Assembly (NCBI GenBank): GCA_031281555.1
Contig: JAITFK010000023.1
Coordinates: 444 to 64,443, forward strand
DNA: 64,000 bases
Source: Treponema sp.
GTDB taxonomy: Bacteria > Spirochaetota > Spirochaetia > Treponematales > Breznakiellaceae
Reading direction: 5' to 3'
In this document: positions 30,283 through 38,827 of the stretch, one piece after another
Numbering within the stretch: the first letter of the stretch is position 1
Layout: each line of letters begins with the position of its first letter
Position numbers and translations under genes: made by a program
The notes under the pieces: model-generated
The model's input: only the letters and a program-made list of their open reading frames with translations
The model's database searches: none
What the model was told of the DNA's origin: nothing

Positions 30283-31197
30283 TCAGCCTTTTACAGAACC
30301 GATTGTTATCCCCTTGATGAAATATTTCTGTACAAAGGGGTACACAAGAATAATTGGCCCTGTGGTAACTACCGCCATGGCCAGCTTAAGGGAATAAGTG
30401 GGAAGATTCTCCACCCGCATACCTACCCGGCTCGCTATTTGGGCGAATGCCTGGGCGCGCATCAACGTATCGTAAAGCATATATTGAAGGGGAAACTTGG
30501 CGGGAGTATTAACATAAAGCATGGCATTATACCAGTCATTCCAGTAACCTAATGCCAGAAAGAGCCCGATGGTGGCAAGCCCTGAAGGCAGCAGGGGAAT
30601 AATGATACGGACAAATATTGTAAATTCTCCGGCGCCGTCCAATTTTGCCGATTCAACAAGAGCGTCGGGAATCGTGTTTATAAAACTCCTCATGATGAGA
30701 AGATAGAATATATTAAAAAGCCCAGGAAGGATCATGGAAAGGTAACTGTCCTTTAAATGCAGATACCTTATATAGAAGATATAAGTAGAAACCATACCGC
30801 CGTTGAAAAGGGTAGTAAAGAAAAAGAAAAAAGCGATAATATTCCGGTATTTAAAAGATTTACGGCTTAATACATAAGCGGTCATGGTAATTAAAAAAAG
30901 CCCTGTAAAAGTCCCTATTGAAGTTATAAATATTGAATTTAAGTAACCTCGTACAACTCTTTCAGGGTATCTGAATGCCAATTTGTAGGCGTCAAGGGTA
31001 AAACCTTTGGGCAGCAGACTGTATCCTGAGTAGCGTATAATTTTTTCTTCCGTAAACGAACCTGAGATAAGAAGTATAAACGGAAGCAGACACATAAAAG
31101 CAATAATTGTAATAAGAAGATAAGATAACACATAGAAAACAATAGTTGAGGCGCTCTTTCGTATTGTTATTTCTTTAATCCGTTTAAAAAAGAGCAT
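30283..31197 (-). CDS. Carbohydrate ABC permease (MalG/LplC-like), copy 1
   Basis: Same motifs as copy 2; start overlaps the stop of the upstream permease. Confidence 0.9.
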   Translation of the reverse strand: MLFFKRIKEITIRKSASTIVFYVLSYLLITIIAFMCLLPFILLISGSFTEEKIIRYSGYSLLPKGFTLDAYKLAFRYPERVVRGYLNSIFITSIGTFTGLFLITMTAYVLSRKSFKYRNIIAFFFFFTTLFNGGMVSTYIFYIRYLHLKDSYLSMILPGLFNIFYLLIMRSFINTIPDALVESAKLDGAGEFTIFVRIIIPLLPSGLATIGLFLALGYWNDWYNAMLYVNTPAKFPLQYMLYDTLMRAQAFAQIASRVGMRVENLPTYSLKLAMAVVTTGPIILVYPFVQKYFIKGITIGSVKG

Positions 31198-32104
31198 AAT
31201 CAGCCTCAACTCTTTTTACAATGTGATTTACAGTTATTATGATAATGAAACAAAGTACTGATTGATAAAGGGATGCCGCCGCTACCATACCGATGTTAAC
31301 ACTGGTAGTTAAGGATCGGAACACATAAGTATCAATAACATCGGTGGCGTTAAAGAGTTGTCCGCTGTTTCCGACAATTTGGTAGAACATCTCGAAGTCC
31401 CCCCTAAGTATGCGCCCAACCTGTAAAAGCAGCATGGTGATAATTGTCGGCCTTATGGAAGGAAAAGTTATATACCTTATTTTCTGGAAAATATTTGCTC
31501 CGTCTATATCCGCGGCATCGTAACATTCAGGATCAATAGTGGTGATTGCGGCGATGTAAATTACGGCGTTATAGCCGCACCATTTCCATGAATTAAAGGC
31601 GCAGATGATAAAGGGCCAAACCATGGGTTTAGAGTAAATGTTCACAGGATCATATCCCATAGACTTAAGCATGTTATTCATTACACCGGTTTCAAAGTTG
31701 AAGATATTAAATACGAATGTTCCTACAATAACCCAGGAAATAAAGTAAGGGAGAAAAGTTACTGACTGGCAGAATTTTTTAAACTTTTTACCCGGCATTT
31801 CCGAGATAGCTATTGCTATAATAACCGCCAATCCCTGGGAGGTAATAAGGTTAATTAGATTATATAGAAAGGTATTGCGTGTAATGCGGAAACCGTCTCC
31901 TGAAATAAACAGGAAACGGAAATTTTCCAATCCGTTCCAGGCGCTGCCGAATATTCCCTTGTCAAAACGGTAACTTTTAAAAGCAAGAATAAGACCTGTC
32001 ATAGGGATATACTGCATAATAAAGACGAACAGCACCGCAGGAGCGACCATAAAGAATAGTGCTCTGTTTTTACTAAATTCATAGCGAAAACTTTTTGCTA
32101 TCAT
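31184..32104 (-). CDS. Carbohydrate ABC permease (MalF/LplB-like)
   Basis: LPYFISWV, YDAADIDGA, DVIDTYVFR. Confidence 0.9.
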   Translation of the reverse strand: MIAKSFRYEFSKNRALFFMVAPAVLFVFIMQYIPMTGLILAFKSYRFDKGIFGSAWNGLENFRFLFISGDGFRITRNTFLYNLINLITSQGLAVIIAIAISEMPGKKFKKFCQSVTFLPYFISWVIVGTFVFNIFNFETGVMNNMLKSMGYDPVNIYSKPMVWPFIICAFNSWKWCGYNAVIYIAAITTIDPECYDAADIDGANIFQKIRYITFPSIRPTIITMLLLQVGRILRGDFEMFYQIVGNSGQLFNATDVIDTYVFRSLTTSVNIGMVAAASLYQSVLCFIIIITVNHIVKRVEADYALF

Positions 32105-32270
32105 TGTAAATTCCTTATTAAAATTGTACTATACAATCTATTATGTATTAATAATACATGTATCATTTCTTTATTGTCAACCATGCTATAATAAGGAAAA
32201 AATAGAACAATCGTATCTGCGGAACGGCTCGCATGTGAAATTCTTTTAAAAAATCACCAAAATTAATATT

Positions 32271-32374
32271 ACACTTTTTGGTGCCAATAGATGTAATATT
32301 CCACATTTTTAGACATCAATAAATGTGATAAAATACACTTATTGGTTGCAATAAGTGTAGGTATCTGTTAAAAT
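32271..32374 (+). promoter_or_regulatory. Three 24-bp palindromic boxes at 32-bp period overlapping a sigma70 promoter
   Basis: Boxes at 32271, 32303 and 32335 (best: ACACTTATTG-GTTG-CAATAAGTGT); TTGCAA-17nt-TAAAAT-6nt-GTG. Confidence 0.65.
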
Positions 32375-32380
32375 AAATAA

Positions 32381-33691
32381 GTGAATCGACTGTTATATAA
32401 AAATTTATTGAAATGGAAGTCTTTGGCAAACCGTAAACCGCTGGTACTTTACGGCGCAAGGCAGGTGGGTAAAACCTGGCTTTTAAAAGAGTTTGGTAAA
32501 AGGGAATTTGAATTTACCATATACATAAATTTTAACACAGACAGAAAAGTTCATTCAATTTTTAAGGATGATATTTCGCCGCAATTCATAATAAAGAATC
32601 TGGAAAATTATCATAATAAAAAAATAGAACCTGCGAAAACTTTGCTGATTTTCGATGAGATTCATGAATGTCAGCGCGCGAAGGACGCTCTTAAATATTT
32701 TAATGAGGACGCTCCTCAATATTATATTGCGGCTGCCGGAAGTTTCCTTTGCATATCAAGCGGAAAATTTCCCGTAGGACAGGTTAATGAATTAACTCTT
32801 TATCCAATGACATTTTACGAATTCCTGGAAGCGGCGGGGCGGGGGCTGCTTGCGGAAACATTGAGTGAAACAGATACACCTGCTTTGATCAATGCGTCGC
32901 ACGAATTATTTACTATGATGCTAAGGCAGTATTTGTTTGTCGGCGGTATGCCGGAAGCAGTTAAAACTTTTATGGAAACGGATAGTTTAGCGGAAGTTCG
33001 AAGCGTTCAGGAGGTTATTCTTAATAACTACAAAAATGATTTTTCCAAACACATAAACGCCTCAGATATTCCCAAAGTCAATATGCTTTTTGAATCTATA
33101 CCTTTCCACCTTGCAAAAGAGAAGAAAAAATTTATTTATAAGGAAGTTAAAACAGGCGGGCGGGTTTCTGAATTTGAAAACGCCATGAATTGGCTTATTA
33201 ATGCAGGGCTTGTACACAAGGTAGATCGTACTACAGACGCTAAAATTCCGCTCTCCCGTTACACGGAACGGGAATATTTTAAACTCTATATGCTCGACGT
33301 AGGTCTTTTAGTGGTAAAAGCCCGTCTTGATATTTCAACTTTTTTAACAAGTGATAACCTGATATTTAACGAATTCAAGGGAGCGCTGGCGGAACAATTT
33401 ACGCTTCAGGAACTAAAAGCTTTAACTAAATTTCCCGTATTTTATTGGGGTAACGCATCGGGTAAAGCCGAAGTAGATTTTATTGTTCAATATAAAAATG
33501 AGATTATCCCAATAGAAGTTAAATCATCTATTAATACAAAATCTCAAAGTCTTTCTGTGTATATTGAAAAATATCATCCTGAAAACGCAATCCGTGTGTC
33601 CTTAAAAAATTATGGCAGGAACGGGAAGTTTCTTTCTGTTCCGCTTTACTTGATTGGGAATATTGAAAGCGTGCTTAGCGGGAAATATTAG
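32381..33691 (+). CDS. AAA_14 ATPase with DUF4143 (PD-(D/E)XK-like) C-terminus
   Basis: GARQVGKT, FDEIHE, VGGMPE, KLYMLDVGL, AEVDF...IPIEVKS. Confidence 0.88.
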   Translation: MNRLLYKNLLKWKSLANRKPLVLYGARQVGKTWLLKEFGKREFEFTIYINFNTDRKVHSIFKDDISPQFIIKNLENYHNKKIEPAKTLLIFDEIHECQRAKDALKYFNEDAPQYYIAAAGSFLCISSGKFPVGQVNELTLYPMTFYEFLEAAGRGLLAETLSETDTPALINASHELFTMMLRQYLFVGGMPEAVKTFMETDSLAEVRSVQEVILNNYKNDFSKHINASDIPKVNMLFESIPFHLAKEKKKFIYKEVKTGGRVSEFENAMNWLINAGLVHKVDRTTDAKIPLSRYTEREYFKLYMLDVGLLVVKARLDISTFLTSDNLIFNEFKGALAEQFTLQELKALTKFPVFYWGNASGKAEVDFIVQYKNEIIPIEVKSSINTKSQSLSVYIEKYHPENAIRVSLKNYGRNGKFLSVPLYLIGNIESVLSGKY

Positions 33692-33754
33692 TTTTATATA
33701 GTTCATCAAAACATCAAATTGAAAAAATGACATAAACAAGTCTATCGCGGTTAA

Positions 33755-35506
33755 TTAAGACGCGATTATTTTTAAAATGGCATCGCCTTGTAAATCCTCC
33801 GGTTGAATCGCATAAATAGAGGTAGAAGAAGAAATGCGTTTCATGTGATTATCCGAAATTGGAAAAGCGGATATAAGAAGTCCCTTTGCCGCAATGCCGC
33901 CGTAGATTTTCAGGTTATTTTCAAGTTTTTGTATATGTTCCTGTTTTATTCCGCCCACCTTACACTCAATAAGCCATAATCTTTTGCCGTCAGTAAACGC
34001 GCAATCAAATTCACCGACAGGTATTTTTTTACGTTCTTGTAATTGATCAACATAATTTACTTCCAATCCTATACGCAAATCACAGATATTATTTTTTTGT
34101 TCAAGATTACGCAATAAATCGAAAACATATTCCTCGAACCAGCCGCCGCCAAGGTATTGTCCGAAATCATCGCAATCCGGCGTTGAAATTTCTTCGCCAT
34201 TTATGTTAAGAGTTGTTGACATATTAATATCCAAAGAAGCATGAGAATTTTTCCATTTCCAATAAAAAGGCTGATTAGGTGTTTTTTTACATTGATTAAT
34301 GTATTTCTGAAAATCCTCGTTTTTGTAAAGCACCCTTATGGTTTCCCTGTATTCCCACAATTTCCGGGTAACATTGAGTCTTGTCTCGCGGCAAGGTCTA
34401 TTCTCCCATTTTCCCTGTGTTATAACAGAAAATCCGTTAATAGCAAAAAAGTTCGTAACGGATTTGATACCGACAAACGGAACAGTTGAACCGTCGCGGA
34501 TGTATATAATATCATGATTGTTTATTTCAAAATAAAAAGGTTCAAGCCCGTGCTCCCAGCAGGCGGATAACGCTCCGGCAAACATCAACTTTGTTCCGCC
34601 TGTCATGTTTACTGCAACTTTAGTTTCCTTTGAAAAACAAGCGGCTTGTTGTAGAATTGCTTTTCTTGTGTCTGCCGGTTTAAAAGGGTTATTAATTATC
34701 ATGACGGTATTACCGCCTTCTGAGGGAATTAATTTTGACAATGTGTCCGCAGCGTCGGCATATTCCTGTGTAGTAATAAAAATATGTTTTCTCGCCTGAA
34801 ATTGAATCATTCCAAAATAAATCGGCATTCGCTCGCGTCCAAGCAAATGAATAATAACATCATAAACGGACGGTTTTTCGGTTTGTACAGCGGCGTGCAT
34901 AGGCTGTAACAAATCTATCGGCAGTTCAATTTTTTCCGGCGGTTTACGCGGGTCGGAACTGGAAATGACGCCTATGTTAAGCTGAGGATTCGTTCTTGCG
35001 ATTAACGCCCAAGTGTAAGCCATCACAGGCGTTCCCGGGCTTACAAAACTTGTCAGTGTTTTTTCACTGTTGTCGTCTAAAACGAGTTTTAACGCCGCCG
35101 CCGCCGCTTTGTAAATCCCGTCCGCGTCGTTTAAATGTTTTAATTCTTTCGGTACAATTTGTAAATTGACGTTTATTCCGGCGGCGGCAAGTTCAAATTT
35201 TAACCATTCAATGAATATTGTGTGTCCGGTTACGGTATTGCTTACGGCATCAACCAATTGCTGAGTTTTTTCACGCGGGAATGCAGAGCGTTTTTCAGGC
35301 GGTTCATTCAGCCATTTTTTCCACTCAATGCGGAGATCGTTCGAAAGGGAGTTTGGGTCTTTGGCCGGATTTGTATACGCAAGAATAACGATATCAGTGT
35401 AATCTTTTGTTTTAAGCGCCCCGAGAATCGGGCCGTCTGTTTCCTCAAGACCAAGCGAGGCTTTGAGGTCTGTGATGCCGTACCATGTTAACAAATAGTG
35501 TTTCAT
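33755..35506 (-). CDS. Dual-CARF protein (RtcR-like CARF + Card1/DUF1887-like CARF) with C-terminal PD-(D/E)XK nuclease
   Basis: LLTWYGITDL...GPI and FVSPGTPVM (RtcR-type); VNMTGGTKLM (second CARF); GGWFEEYV...EFDC...LIECK. Confidence 0.8.
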   Translation of the reverse strand: MKHYLLTWYGITDLKASLGLEETDGPILGALKTKDYTDIVILAYTNPAKDPNSLSNDLRIEWKKWLNEPPEKRSAFPREKTQQLVDAVSNTVTGHTIFIEWLKFELAAAGINVNLQIVPKELKHLNDADGIYKAAAAALKLVLDDNSEKTLTSFVSPGTPVMAYTWALIARTNPQLNIGVISSSDPRKPPEKIELPIDLLQPMHAAVQTEKPSVYDVIIHLLGRERMPIYFGMIQFQARKHIFITTQEYADAADTLSKLIPSEGGNTVMIINNPFKPADTRKAILQQAACFSKETKVAVNMTGGTKLMFAGALSACWEHGLEPFYFEINNHDIIYIRDGSTVPFVGIKSVTNFFAINGFSVITQGKWENRPCRETRLNVTRKLWEYRETIRVLYKNEDFQKYINQCKKTPNQPFYWKWKNSHASLDINMSTTLNINGEEISTPDCDDFGQYLGGGWFEEYVFDLLRNLEQKNNICDLRIGLEVNYVDQLQERKKIPVGEFDCAFTDGKRLWLIECKVGGIKQEHIQKLENNLKIYGGIAAKGLLISAFPISDNHMKRISSSTSIYAIQPEDLQGDAILKIIAS

Positions 35507-35522
35507 TGCAAACTCCTTTTAA

Positions 35523-38500
35523 TTAATCATTCTCGTTATCATTGTCATTGTTTGATACGCCGGTGATACGAATCGCGTTTGCGCCGCCATCGCCGGTAAG
35601 ATACTGACGCAAAGCGTATAACAATGGAGGAGTACGATCACCTTCCGGTTTCGGAATGTCGAGTTGAATACGTGAAAAAAGTCTAATCCTTGATTGCGCA
35701 CATATTCCCACGACATTTTCAACTTGATCCGCCAATTCTTCGGTAACTTTTTGACGTGGCCACAAGATCATTTTGATTTCCGGATCTGACGATTCACGGG
35801 TGCGTAACAAGCCGAGCAGAAGTTCAAGCGGTTCGGCGGTAGAGCGAACCCAGTCGCGAACAGTCTCTCTGTTTTTTTTATCTTTTTTTGGGGGACAAGG
35901 CTTAACTTGTGAAAGCATTTCCTTAAGAACTTTCAGTATTGATTCAAGCTCCATAAATGAGAAATTATTAATAAAATTTTGTTCATGCCAGACGGTATAA
36001 GCAAAAACTCGTACAGCTTTCTCTGTCGGAGTTGATTTAAGTTTTGACAATATATCATGCTGCCATTCCTGCGACACGTCGCCAAGCGCGAAGCCGATGG
36101 CGCGATACTCACGAGATTGATCGTTTTCGACTTGCTGCATAATCCATTTAATGCAATTATTCTTTGTGTCTTTATGAAGGGAGGACAGTAGTGGCATTAA
36201 TCTTTGATTAAAAATATTTTCCGGAAGATTCTTTGACAGCATTGAAATTAATTCGTTAAACTTTTGTTTAAATTCAAGCGGAGCGTCCTCATCATTCAAA
36301 GAGCGGTTGTCAGCCCAAATTATCGGCATTCTGTTTTGCAGGCTTTTCTTCTTGAAATTACTTAATTTCCATTCTGCCCCTTTTGGAAGATGTTTTAATG
36401 TAGGCTTGGGTATCCGCTCATTCCATTTAGTTAACGACTCAAGTAACCAATTTAATAAATTAATTTCTTTACCTTGTATATCCTTCCAACATTCCAAATC
36501 TTTCCAAGATAAAGGCTTCGGATATTTTGGAGCAGGCGCATCAGTAATTTCTTCTTCTCTTTCCCATTTTGCCTTGACCGGAGGGAATTCTTCTTTTAGC
36601 GGTTCAAATACAAGACAGTATGGATCATCATCACCGTAGGTAAATGTCAAATTCAATTTGCAAACGGTATCTATATCAAGCGGGAATACAGGTGATTTAA
36701 GTTTTGCGGAGAATCCGACTTTCTCGTCGTTTTCGCCCTGCAAAAGTGGAAATTCATAAAATCGCTTTCCGGCGGGAAGCGTGAAGTTATCTTTAATTTT
36801 AATTGGAACAGGCTTGCCACGGATTGGTTCTATAATCGTATTACGCGAAACGAGATTATAATATTGGTAGCGTTCGCCAATCTTCACTTTGATTTTAAGT
36901 TCAGGCATATGATCACGCCAGAGCGGGATGTCTCCCGCCCTTTGTTGCAAATCATGAAAACGGGATCCGCCAACAACGGGGCTTTCAAAAAGATTAATAA
37001 GAAGACTAAATTGTCCGATTCGTTCATTCTTTTTAAGTATGTCAGGATTAATAAATTCAGGTGCTGTTGGCTGTGCTTTATCATACCAAATGCCTTTTTC
37101 ATCAACAGTGATTATTTCATAGTTTTTTAAGTCCGTACCATCAGGATCATTGTCAGAAATAATTACCGGGGGACAGCGTTCCCAATAATAACCCTTAGTT
37201 TCCGGAATGCGATCAATGAGTCTTTTATCTTCATCAGAGCGGGCGATGAGTTTTGTAGCGCAGGTTTTTCCGCCGATAGTATCAACAACCACAACGGTGA
37301 ATCCCTCGCTTATTATGGAATAATCAACCTTCTCAAAGACGGCCGCTACGCTTCGGGGCAGTGGTTCCGCTTTTGGGAAACTGGCATTGATGTTACGGCG
37401 GATGAGTTCAAGTTCAAAATCATTAAGAAAATCCGGAACCAGCCAAATGAGCGTACCGTCTGTAAAAGTTTCATGAAGTTTCGACGCAAAAGCACGGGCG
37501 GCTCGGTCAAGAATATGTATGTCTTTCTTTTCTTTGGAGAAGAAAAGATCGGCGAAAGAAATCGTCGCTTTAACATCGGAATGAAGAAAAACAGCATCTG
37601 AATTGAATAGTTCGAGGTTAAAAGTTTTATCTTTATTATTATCCCAATGCTGCCAAAGATAAGTTTCATTTAAAATACATGGTTTATTTTCTTCATATCC
37701 TTGTGAACTATTTTTTGAAACGAAATAACGCGGACGCAGGGCGGTAAAATCCACACAGACAGGTTCAGATATTTTTTCTGTTGTAAAATGGCGGACAATC
37801 TCTTTTTTTCTCTTTTGGAATACAAGAATTTCTCTAGGAATTTTCCAGGGAATTTCCTCAGGAATTTCCCAGGGTTTAATTTCAAATTTTTCATAGTCAA
37901 AGTAGACCGGCATATCGACGAAAATAAAATGACCATCAAAATATTTTTGTCCGTATCCGTATTCATAACTCCAGCGATATATTGTTTTTCTGCGGGCTTT
38001 AAAATCCAACAAGTCCTTATTAATGTCATCATCAAGCGTTTGCAGCCAACGCCAGGCGTCCCAGATACGGCGGTAATCGCGGTGCGACAAAAGAGTGTTG
38101 TTTGGCGGAAGGTTTTCCCAACGGCCTATGCTTTTCGCCTTGTCTCCAAGAAGCCAGGATTTGATTTTTGGAAGCAGTTCGTCTTCTTCTTTTTCTTTAA
38201 GACAATCATAACGCAATTCAAACAATTCAGCCAGGCGGGTAACGAACTCTTTCAAAAGACGATTTTCCGGAAGATCGATTGATTGAAAACGGCGTACAGC
38301 GTACAGATAAGGTTTGTCTTTAAGTTTTTCCCGGATGTTACGGCCCGGACGGTTACTTAGTTTGATAAAACTGTTTACATCCAATTCCCGTACCGCCCGG
38401 ACAGGCAATAACTCTTGTTTGCGGCGAGGACTTTCGTTGAGCGAACGGAACACACGCTTAACTGATTCGCGGGCATGATCTGCTATGCGCCAGAGGCGAT

Positions 38501-38798
38501 CATGAATTATTCCGTCATCCGGCTCCGCCATTTTAGCGAGGAATGTTGACAGAGGTTGCGGAAGCGGTTTGTTTGTTTTAGGGTCAAATTTGGCATTGAC
38601 ATAAAACCAGTTCATCTGTTCAAGAAAATCATGGGAAGCCCCGTCTTTTTTTCCAGCCTTCTCCTCCTCCTCATAAGAACGGTAAAGTTCAATCAAAGTC
38701 ATTTTTTTGAGGCTTTGCTTGAGTTTCTTTTTTAACCGTTTTCGAGTGTTTTTACCAGCTTTTATTTGAGCCGCTTTATGAGTTAATTTTTGAGTCAT
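35523..38798 (-). CDS. DUF2357 (McrC-like) protein fused to Hsp70-like and helical domains (CoCoNuT CnuCD-like)
   Basis: VRELD, DLPENRLLK.F, PPNN.LL.H.DYRRIW; then VCVDF, VPDFL.DF, PLPRSVAA, VVVVD, LWRDHMPEL, FTLPAG. Confidence 0.7.
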   Translation of the reverse strand: MTQKLTHKAAQIKAGKNTRKRLKKKLKQSLKKMTLIELYRSYEEEEKAGKKDGASHDFLEQMNWFYVNAKFDPKTNKPLPQPLSTFLAKMAEPDDGIIHDRLWRIADHARESVKRVFRSLNESPRRKQELLPVRAVRELDVNSFIKLSNRPGRNIREKLKDKPYLYAVRRFQSIDLPENRLLKEFVTRLAELFELRYDCLKEKEEDELLPKIKSWLLGDKAKSIGRWENLPPNNTLLSHRDYRRIWDAWRWLQTLDDDINKDLLDFKARRKTIYRWSYEYGYGQKYFDGHFIFVDMPVYFDYEKFEIKPWEIPEEIPWKIPREILVFQKRKKEIVRHFTTEKISEPVCVDFTALRPRYFVSKNSSQGYEENKPCILNETYLWQHWDNNKDKTFNLELFNSDAVFLHSDVKATISFADLFFSKEKKDIHILDRAARAFASKLHETFTDGTLIWLVPDFLNDFELELIRRNINASFPKAEPLPRSVAAVFEKVDYSIISEGFTVVVVDTIGGKTCATKLIARSDEDKRLIDRIPETKGYYWERCPPVIISDNDPDGTDLKNYEIITVDEKGIWYDKAQPTAPEFINPDILKKNERIGQFSLLINLFESPVVGGSRFHDLQQRAGDIPLWRDHMPELKIKVKIGERYQYYNLVSRNTIIEPIRGKPVPIKIKDNFTLPAGKRFYEFPLLQGENDEKVGFSAKLKSPVFPLDIDTVCKLNLTFTYGDDDPYCLVFEPLKEEFPPVKAKWEREEEITDAPAPKYPKPLSWKDLECWKDIQGKEINLLNWLLESLTKWNERIPKPTLKHLPKGAEWKLSNFKKKSLQNRMPIIWADNRSLNDEDAPLEFKQKFNELISMLSKNLPENIFNQRLMPLLSSLHKDTKNNCIKWIMQQVENDQSREYRAIGFALGDVSQEWQHDILSKLKSTPTEKAVRVFAYTVWHEQNFINNFSFMELESILKVLKEMLSQVKPCPPKKDKKNRETVRDWVRSTAEPLELLLGLLRTRESSDPEIKMILWPRQKVTEELADQVENVVGICAQSRIRLFSRIQLDIPKPEGDRTPPLLYALRQYLTGDGGANAIRITGVSNNDNDNEND

Positions 38799-38827
38799 TT
38801 TGAATGCTCTTGCGTTTCTCCTTTACT

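Noticed and set aside
32271-32358. Possible mini CRISPR array suggested by the CARF genes and periodic repeats
   Set aside because: Units are degenerate with only 8-nt gaps; the 11-mer arrays have no spacers either, and no cas genes are present
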